64,000 bases of DNA from an uncultured Planctomycetales bacterium. Its GTDB lineage: Bacteria > Planctomycetota > SBBH01. The notes beneath the pieces are model-generated. The model was not told the origin of the DNA. It was given only the letters and a program-made list of their open reading frames with translations, and searched no databases. Each line of letters starts with the position of its first letter. The first letter of the stretch is position 1. Position numbers and translations under genes: made by a program. The DNA lies in the NCBI GenBank assembly GCA_964455625.1, contig CAYVXZ010000002.1, positions 60,949 through 124,948 on the forward strand, written 5' to 3'. Of the stretch, positions 58,210 through 64,000 are shown one piece after another.

Positions 58210-59652
58210 ATGGAGGGATGGGGGGAGGCGTCCGTCGGGATCCGGCTCGGGGGGGGACTTCCCCGAGGGGCGCGCCTCCTCCTGGGGGTCTCCGGCGGGC
58301 CCGATTCGGTCGCGATGGCGGCATTGTTCCGGGAACGCTCGCCGCGTCGCGGCTGGACCGTCTCCTGGGCCCACGCGGATCACGGCCTGCGCGGGGCCGA
58401 ATCCGATGGGGATGCGGCGTTCGTGGCGCGTCTGGCCCGGGAGTGGGGAGTTTCCCTCCGGACCGGCCGTGTTCCGGTCGCGGGCCGGGGGTCGGTCGAG
58501 GCGGCCGCCCGCGCGGCCCGATATGCCTTCCTGGAGGAGGCCGCCCGCGCGGCCGGTGCGGGGTATGTCCTGACGGCCCATACGCGCGACGACCAGGCCG
58601 AAACGGTGCTCATGCGCCTCGCGCGCGGCTCCGGGGTGCGCGGGATGCGCGGGGTCCTGGCGTCGCGCCCGATCGCGCCCGGGTCGGACATCCGGCTCGT
58701 GCGGCCCCTCCTGATGGAATCCCGGGAACGCCTGCGTGCCGTCCTTGCCGCGCGTCAAATCCCGTTTCGCGCCGACTCGTCGAACCGCGACATGCGCTTT
58801 CAGCGGAACCGCGCCCGGGCGTTCCTGGCCGATCTCTCGCCCGCGCGGCCCGATCTCGTCGCCCGGCTTGCCGGTGCGGCGTCGGCGGCCGCGTTCCTGT
58901 GGGAGCGTGTCGAAAAGGCGCTTGCGCCGGCGCTCGAGGCGGCTTGGCGAGATACCGAGGGCGTCCCGTCGGTCGACACGGGCGTCCTGTCGGCGTTTTC
59001 GGAGCCGGTCACACGGGAGATCCTGCGGGAGGGGATCCGCCGGCGCGGGGGCGCGACGCTTTCCCGGGCGCATCTGGCGGCGCTCTGCCGCATGGCGTCG
59101 GGGCAGGGGGGGAGCGGCCGGTCGCTCGACCTTCCCGGCGGCACCTGGCGGCGCGAGTACGGGGACCTCGTCTGGGTCCGGTCCCGCGATGCCGCGCCCG
59201 AGGGGATCCCGATCCCCGGCGCGGGCCGCTACGCCTGGGGGGACTGGCACCTTTCCGTCGAGCGCGGCGCGGGGAACGGCTCCGCCGTTCCGGTCGTGCG
59301 GGAGTCGCTCTTTCCGCTGGTGGTCCGCCGCTGGCGTCCCGGCGACCGGATCCGGGCGGCGGGCGCGGACGGGAGGGCGAGAAGCCGCAAGATGAGCGAT
59401 TTCTGGGGCGACCGGAAGGTCCCGCGCACCGTCCGGGACGCCTGGCCCCTTCTCTGCCGGGAGGAAACGGTGGTCGTGGTTCCCGGGCTCGCCGTCCATG
59501 CGGAGGCGGCCCCGGCGCGGGGGGAGGAGGCGTTCCGCGTCACCGCGTCCGGCGGCGCCGTTGGCCGGGAATGGCTCCGTAGAGTCCGTGCCGCCGTGCG
59601 TAGCGGGCCACCGCGTCCGGCATCCGGTTCCATTCCGACCGGCGTTTCCTGA
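58210..59652 (+). CDS. tilS: tRNA(Ile)-lysidine synthetase TilS
   Basis: Track ORF 57652..59652 trimmed to ATG at 58210. PP-loop SGGPDS in LLLGVSGGPDSVAMAAL. LTAHTRDDQAETVLMRLARG block. About 480 aa. Confidence 0.7.
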   Translation: MEGWGEASVGIRLGGGLPRGARLLLGVSGGPDSVAMAALFRERSPRRGWTVSWAHADHGLRGAESDGDAAFVARLAREWGVSLRTGRVPVAGRGSVEAAARAARYAFLEEAARAAGAGYVLTAHTRDDQAETVLMRLARGSGVRGMRGVLASRPIAPGSDIRLVRPLLMESRERLRAVLAARQIPFRADSSNRDMRFQRNRARAFLADLSPARPDLVARLAGAASAAAFLWERVEKALAPALEAAWRDTEGVPSVDTGVLSAFSEPVTREILREGIRRRGGATLSRAHLAALCRMASGQGGSGRSLDLPGGTWRREYGDLVWVRSRDAAPEGIPIPGAGRYAWGDWHLSVERGAGNGSAVPVVRESLFPLVVRRWRPGDRIRAAGADGRARSRKMSDFWGDRKVPRTVRDAWPLLCREETVVVVPGLAVHAEAAPARGEEAFRVTASGGAVGREWLRRVRAAVRSGPPRPASGSIPTGVS

Positions 59653-60261
59653 TCGCGGTGGCGCTCGCGGGGTCCGGCCGCATCGGGAGGACGACGAACC
59701 GTTCGGCGATCGGGGCAAGGCGCCTTTTCGCGTCCGCGATCCCGCGGCGCGCCGGAAATCCGGGCCGTTCGCCGGTCGCGATCCGCGTCCTGTCGAGGAG
59801 CTCCCCGACGCGGTGCCAGGTGTGCAGGATCTCCAGGGAGTCGCTCCCCATCACGAGGAGGATCTCGGCATTCCGGCCGGCGCGCCGCCGGATCCGCCCG
59901 ACCGTGTCGATCGTGTAGGAGACCCGCCTCGGGCGGCGAAGCTCGCCGTCGTCGACCCGGACCGGGAACCCTTCCGCGCGCAGGAGCCGCGCCGCGATCC
60001 GCGCCATCGCGAGGCGGTGGCGGGGCGCCGCGAGGCGCCGGCCCCGCTTGTGCGGGGGGATCGCCGCCGGGACCAGGAGCAGTCGCGCGAGTCCCAGATT
60101 CCGGCAGGCGGCGCGCGCCAGGCTCATGTGTCCCCGGTGGATCGGGTCGAACGATCCTCCCAGGATGCCGATGCGAGGGGTGAGGGGTGAGGGATGAGGG
60201 GTGTGCAGGGGATTTTTTTTGACCCCTGACCCCTGACCCCTGACCCCTCGAAGTTGCGGCA
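59540..60261 (-). CDS. nadD: nicotinate-nucleotide adenylyltransferase NadD (start uncertain; N-terminus may be encoded by the heptad repeat)
   Basis: RIGILGGSFDPIHRGHM (HxGH motif) and downstream NMNAT blocks. Only in-frame ATG upstream of the conserved core is at 60261, which would add MPQLRGVRGQGSGVKKNPLHTPHPSPLTP translated from the repeat. Convergent 113-bp overlap with the tilS 3' end. Confidence 0.6.
60172..60249. repeat. composite heptad element copy 1: (GGGGTGA)-type G-rich arm, T8 run, (GACCCCT)x4 C-rich arm
   Basis: GAGGGGTGAGGGGTGAGGGATGAGGGGTGTGCAGGGG-GATTTTTTTT-GACCCCTGACCCCTGACCCCTGACCCCTC. Arms can pair with one G-G mismatch per heptad. Each strand carries a G4 motif of four G3-4 tracts. 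Confidence 0.7.
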
Positions 60262-60273
60262 TGACGACCCGGA

Positions 60274-61668
60274 TTGTACCGTTGGGCCGTGAGAAGGGAC
60301 CGCGCGCCCCGCGGCGCTTTTCCGTGTCTCGTGTGGGGTCCTTCCGCCCCGGCCGCGGCGCTGCGGGCCGCCCTGGCCCGGCGGGGGCATGCAGTCGACG
60401 TGGTCCGTTCCCCGGCCCAGGTCGCCGCGCGGGCCGGCCGGCGGCGCGCATTCGTCTTCATCGACCTCGGCGCGCACCCCGAGGACGGTTTCGACCTGAT
60501 CCAGGAACTCTCCGACCTCGACGAGCCGCCGCAGGCGATCGCGGTGGTTCCGGTCTCGGGGCTCGCGACGGCGCTCTCGGCCGTCCGGCAGGGGGCCAGC
60601 GACTATCTCACCGTTCCGGTGCGCGATGGGGAACTGGACCATGTCCTCGCGCGCGCGGACGAGCGTGAGCGCCTCGCGCGTCGCGCGCAGGCGAACGCGG
60701 TCCTGGCACACCGCCCGCCGGTCTTCCCGGATCTCGTGGGGCGCTCCTCCGCCACGCGCGCGATCCAGGGGTTCGTGCGAAAGGCCGCCCGGGCGCAGCT
60801 TCCCGTGATGCTCGCGGGCGAGACCGGAACCGGGAAGGACCTCGTGGCGCGCCTCATCCACGACGCGGGGCCCCGCGCGCACGCGCCGTTCGTGACCCTG
60901 AACTGCGCCGGTCTGACCTCCGACCTCCATACGGCGCAGCTCTTCGGCTACGAGAAGGGGTCGTTTACAGGGGCCGCCGAGCGCCACCAGGGGATCTTCG
61001 AGGCGGCGGACGGCGGCACCCTGTTCCTGGACGAGATCGACGCCCTGCACCCGGCCGCCCAGGCGGGGCTCCTGCGCGCGATCGAGAGCGGCGAGGTGCG
61101 CCGTGTGGGCGCCGCCGCCACGATCCGCGTCAACGTCCGCGTGGTCGTCGCCACGACCGCGGACCTCGCCCGGGCCGTCGAGAAGGGGAGCTTCCGGAAG
61201 GACCTCTTCTACCGGGTGGGAGGGCTCACGTTCCGCGTCCCGTCCCTCCGGGAGCGTGCCGCCGACGTCCCGGCGCTCGCGCAATACTTCCTGGCGCGCC
61301 TGCGCGGCGGGCGCCGCGCCCTCGCCTTCAGCCGGCAGGCGCTCTCGGCGCTCTCGGCGCATGCCTGGCCGGGGAACGTCCGGGAGCTCCGGAACCTGGT
61401 CGAGCGTCTGGTCCTCACGGTATCGGGCGACCGGATCGAGGCCGCGGACGTCCGGTCGCACCTCGCGGCGGTGCGACCAGCGGGAGAGGACCCGGTGGGG
61501 GAGACGCTGGAGTCGGTCGAGAAGGGGCACATCGAGCGGATCCTTGCGCGCTACCGCGGCAACAAGACGCATGCCGCGCGGGCCCTGGGGATCTCGCTCC
61601 GGAACCTCTACCAGAAGATCGACCGCTACGGCCTGGGGAAGGCCGTCGAGACGTTCAGGAAGTCCTGA
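60274..61668 (+). CDS. sigma-54-dependent response regulator (NtrC family; atypical receiver)
   Basis: Receiver-like N-terminus (RRAFVFIDLG). AAA+ sigma-54 domain (VMLAGETGTGKDLVARLIH, GYEKGSFTGA = GAFTGA-type). C-terminal Fis-type HTH (NKTHAARALGISLRNLYQKI). Start could be the internal GTG at 60331. Confidence 0.8.
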   Translation: MYRWAVRRDRAPRGAFPCLVWGPSAPAAALRAALARRGHAVDVVRSPAQVAARAGRRRAFVFIDLGAHPEDGFDLIQELSDLDEPPQAIAVVPVSGLATALSAVRQGASDYLTVPVRDGELDHVLARADERERLARRAQANAVLAHRPPVFPDLVGRSSATRAIQGFVRKAARAQLPVMLAGETGTGKDLVARLIHDAGPRAHAPFVTLNCAGLTSDLHTAQLFGYEKGSFTGAAERHQGIFEAADGGTLFLDEIDALHPAAQAGLLRAIESGEVRRVGAAATIRVNVRVVVATTADLARAVEKGSFRKDLFYRVGGLTFRVPSLRERAADVPALAQYFLARLRGGRRALAFSRQALSALSAHAWPGNVRELRNLVERLVLTVSGDRIEAADVRSHLAAVRPAGEDPVGETLESVEKGHIERILARYRGNKTHAARALGISLRNLYQKIDRYGLGKAVETFRKS

Positions 61669-61729
61669 TCCGGTTTTCTTTCGACAACTTTCAGTGTGCC
61701 GCGCGGTCCCGCGGGGCATTTCGTGATCC

Positions 61730-62260
61730 TCACCCCGGCTTCATGACCGGGGCGGGATCTCCCTGCGGAAAGAGATCGGTGACGAGGCGGTCCGACCAGT
61801 CGGCGAGGATCCCGGCGAGCTCCAGGTAATCCTTCCGCGAGAACCCGACTCCCGTGAAGGCGATCTTGCCGGAACTGTTTACCGCCCCGGAACTGTTTAC
61901 CGCCCCGGAACGGTTTACCGCAAAGAGAGTCGGGACGTTCGTGAGCCCGTAGCGGGTCGAGACCGGGTAGTCCGGCCCGTCGGAACAGAGGGGGAACGAG
62001 GCGTTCCCGTTCTCGCGCGCGAAGACGAGCGCCTCCGGGGCGGGGTCCTGCGCGATCCCCAGGAACGTCACGCAGTCGCCGTACGCCTGGTTCAGCCTCT
62101 CGATGTAGGGGAAGGCGAGCCGGCAGGTGGGGCAGGTGACCTTGAAGAAGGCGACGAGCGCCGGCCCGGTCTTGAGGATGTCACCGAGCGCGTGCGTCTT
62201 TCCCCTGGCGTCGACCAGGGAGAAATCGGGGGCGACCGTTCCCGGGGCCAGGGCGCTCAC
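61730..62260 (-). CDS. thioredoxin-fold thiol-disulfide oxidoreductase / peroxiredoxin-like (AhpC-TSA/TlpA family)
   Basis: APDFSLVDARGKTHALGD...ALVAFFKVTCPTCR with CPTC redox motif. Contains in-frame 18-bp tandem repeat. Confidence 0.65.
   Translation of the reverse strand: MSALAPGTVAPDFSLVDARGKTHALGDILKTGPALVAFFKVTCPTCRLAFPYIERLNQAYGDCVTFLGIAQDPAPEALVFARENGNASFPLCSDGPDYPVSTRYGLTNVPTLFAVNRSGAVNSSGAVNSSGKIAFTGVGFSRKDYLELAGILADWSDRLVTDLFPQGDPAPVMKPG
61871..61924. repeat. in-frame 18-bp tandem repeat (GGAACTGTTTACCGCCCC x about 3) inside the thioredoxin-like gene
   Basis: Three consecutive units. Third unit diverged (GGAACGGTTTACCGC). Encodes SGAVNS-SGAVNS-SGAVNR in the minus-strand protein. 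Confidence 0.6.
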
Positions 62261-62281
62261 GGGCGGATGATAGGGGGGCGG

Positions 62282-63310
62282 TCAATCGACGGCCAGAACC
62301 ACCTTGCCGACGTGCGTCCCTTTCTCCAGGTACTCGTGGGCCGCGCGGGCGTCGGCGAGCGGGAAGACGCGGTCGACGACAGGGCGGATCTTCCCCTGCC
62401 CCGCGAGTTTCAGGACTTCTCCCAGCTGCCAGCAGGACCCCAGATAGGAGCCGTGCAGCGAGATGCGCCTGGCGAAGAGAGCACCGAGCGGCAACGTGGC
62501 CGAAGGGCCCGCCGTCACGCCGCAGAAGGCGATCCGTCCCCCGGGGGCGAGGAGATCCGGGAGGCGCGCGAACGGCTCGCCGCCGACGGAATCGCAGACG
62601 ACGTCGACCCCCCGGCCGCCCGTGATTTCCCGGACGCGGGCCGCGATGTCTCCGGCCTTGCGGTCGATCACGTGGTCGGCGCCGAGCGTTTTCAGGCGAT
62701 CGAGCTTTTCAGGGGAGCCGGCGCTCGCGATCACCGTCGCGCCGAACGCCCTGGCGAGCCGGACCGCGGCCGTCCCGACCCCGCTCGCCGCGGCGGTGAC
62801 GAGGACGGTCTCGCCGGGGGCCAGCTTCGCGCGGGAAAGAAGCATCTCGAAGGCGGTGACTGCCGCCAGGGGGAGCGCCGCCGCTTCCGGGAAATCCCAC
62901 CCCTCGGGGATCGGGAAGATCGCGCGCGCGGGGGCGAGGACATGTTCGGCATATCCCCCCGGAAAGGAACGTCCCAGGATCCCGAAGGAGGGGCAGAGGG
63001 GCTCCGTCCCTTTCCGGCAGGCGTCGCACGTCCCGCAGGAGCGGGCCGGGAAGAGGAGCACGCGCCTTCCGGCGAGCGCCGGATCGACCCCGTCGCCGCA
63101 GGCATCCACGATGCCGGCGATGTCGCTCCCGAGGACGTGGGGAAAGGGGACGCCCCCGCGGGCGCCTTGTCTCACCCAGAGATCGAGATGGTTCAGGGCG
63201 CAGGCGCGCACCCGGACGCGCGCCTCGCCGGGGCCCGGGACGGGATCGGGAAGGGGCCCGACTGAGAGGACCTCGGGGCCGCCGTGCCGCTCGATGAAGA
63301 CGGCCTTCAC
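62282..63310 (-). CDS. zinc-binding alcohol dehydrogenase / quinone oxidoreductase (MDR superfamily)
   Basis: GTG start at 63310 (MKAVFIERHGGPEVL). GHEVxG-like HVLGSDIAGIV. Rossmann fold VTAAASGVGTAAVRLA. 342 aa. Confidence 0.8.
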   Translation of the reverse strand: MKAVFIERHGGPEVLSVGPLPDPVPGPGEARVRVRACALNHLDLWVRQGARGGVPFPHVLGSDIAGIVDACGDGVDPALAGRRVLLFPARSCGTCDACRKGTEPLCPSFGILGRSFPGGYAEHVLAPARAIFPIPEGWDFPEAAALPLAAVTAFEMLLSRAKLAPGETVLVTAAASGVGTAAVRLARAFGATVIASAGSPEKLDRLKTLGADHVIDRKAGDIAARVREITGGRGVDVVCDSVGGEPFARLPDLLAPGGRIAFCGVTAGPSATLPLGALFARRISLHGSYLGSCWQLGEVLKLAGQGKIRPVVDRVFPLADARAAHEYLEKGTHVGKVVLAVD

Positions 63311-63409
63311 GAGGAGGGGTGAGGGGCGAGGGGTGAGGGGACAACGGCCTGCACAAGGTTTGTCATTTTTTTTCTTTCTCTGACCCCTGACCCCTGACCC
63401 CTGACCCCT
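63311..63409. repeat. composite heptad element copy 2: G-rich arm, spacer with T8 run, (GACCCCT)x4
   Basis: GAGGAGGGGTGAGGGGCGAGGGGTGAGGGG...TTTGTCATTTTTTTTCTTTCTC-TGACCCCTGACCCCTGACCCCTGACCCCTG. Same architecture as 60172-60249. Lies between the pduO-like gene and the adh start. Confidence 0.7.
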
Positions 63410-63980
63410 GCTGTTCCGGGATCCATTCGATCTCGGGCCTCTTCGCGCGGCGGTTCGCCGCCCGCGCCATTGTGAAGAGGAGATCCGAGAGGCGGTTCAT
63501 GAACCGGACGACCTCGGGGTCGACCCGGTCCTTCTCGGCGAGCGCGATGAGCGACCGCTCGGCGCGCCGGCAGGCGGTCCGTCCCAGGTGGAACCAGGCG
63601 GCAAGCTCCGTTCCCCCGGGGAGGATGAACCGGCGCAGGGGGGGGAGTTCCGTATCGAGGCGGTCGATCCAGCTTTCGAGGAGCTTCGTGTCCGCCTCAC
63701 GGATCCGCGGCGTTTTCGGGTGCGGCTTCGGGGAGGCGAGGTCCGCCCCCACCACAAACAGGAGATCCTGGATCCGCGCCAGCATCGCGGTGAGTTCCCT
63801 GTCACGCGAGACGCTGCGCGCGAGCCCGAGGATCGCGGAGAGCTCGTCCGACTCGCCGTAGGCGTCGATCCGCGGATGCGCCTTCGAGACGCGTCCGGCG
63901 CCGAAAAGCCCCGTCGTTCCGGCGTCTCCGGTCTTCGTGTAGATCTTGTGCCTGTTGGGCGGCGCGGCGCGCTTTCTCAA
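63363..63980 (-). CDS. PduO-type ATP:cob(I)alamin adenosyltransferase (N-terminus may extend past window end)
   Basis: KIYTKTGDAGTTGLFGAGRVSKAHPRIDAYGESDELSAILG is the PduO-type signature. C-terminal 20 aa (..QQGSGVRGQGSEKEKK) are translated from the heptad repeat. TTG at 63980 is the first start in window. Confidence 0.65.
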   Translation of the reverse strand: MRKRAAPPNRHKIYTKTGDAGTTGLFGAGRVSKAHPRIDAYGESDELSAILGLARSVSRDRELTAMLARIQDLLFVVGADLASPKPHPKTPRIREADTKLLESWIDRLDTELPPLRRFILPGGTELAAWFHLGRTACRRAERSLIALAEKDRVDPEVVRFMNRLSDLLFTMARAANRRAKRPEIEWIPEQQGSGVRGQGSEKEKK

Positions 63981-64000
63981 GAGGAGCGTGATTCTAGCCG

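Noticed and set aside
60221-60249. Possible CRISPR array, (GACCCCT)x4 and the identical run at 63382-63409
   Set aside because: Units are 7 bp with no spacers. There are only two loci and no cas genes. These are heptad microsatellite arms of the composite element, not CRISPR repeats.

Overview
This 64 kb window is about 70% GC and densely coding on both strands. Gene content looks bacterial. It comes from an uncultured-type, high-GC organism with a large secreted and repeat-protein repertoire (FG-GAP, HEAT, PQQ-like beta-propeller, PilX_N giants, TIGR04073-like proteins). I found no rRNA, tRNA, CRISPR array, transposase or integrase. The six-frame track is dominated by long spurious GC-driven ORFs, and it uses alternative start codons, so I trimmed many real genes to internal starts that have an SD sequence.

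Recognisable housekeeping genes:
- pilT.
- A thiolase.
- birA-nadC.
- uvrB.
- A family-4 UDG.
- gmhA.
- recA.
- dnaG-rpoD.
- tilS.
- nadD.
- A Zn-alcohol dehydrogenase.
- A PduO-type corrinoid adenosyltransferase.
- A radical-SAM futalosine-pathway enzyme (MqnC/MqnE type).
- Two sigma-54 activators.

Accessory and unusual content:
- Three tandem CgeB-like glycosyltransferase paralogs plus a GT2.
- Two tandem TIGR04073-like secreted repeat proteins.
- Two paralogous genes of about 1100 aa with PilX_N-type N-termini.
- A serpin-like lipoprotein, an EF-hand protein and an M42 peptidase lying next to a TPR-sigma-54 activator.
- A block of secreted beta-propeller, FG-GAP, aspartic-protease-HEAT and PilZ genes.
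- A response-regulator, HEAT, HEAT-VWA operon.

Most unusual sequence-level signals:
- Two adjacent small paralogs whose reading frame is interrupted by a conserved in-frame TGA, exactly at the junction between signal peptide and mature domain, inside a conserved GCCGGNTGAGGCCCC context.
- A palindromic element of roughly 60-70 bp built on GCGAAGCG/CGCTTCGC, inserted in-frame into both birA and nadC. Related GC-rich palindromic or low-complexity in-frame insertions occur in the UDG and M42 genes.
- A composite element present twice: (GGGGTGA)n, then a T-run, then (GACCCCT)n. It is G-quadruplex-capable on both strands and overlaps the nadD 5' end and the pduO-adh junction.
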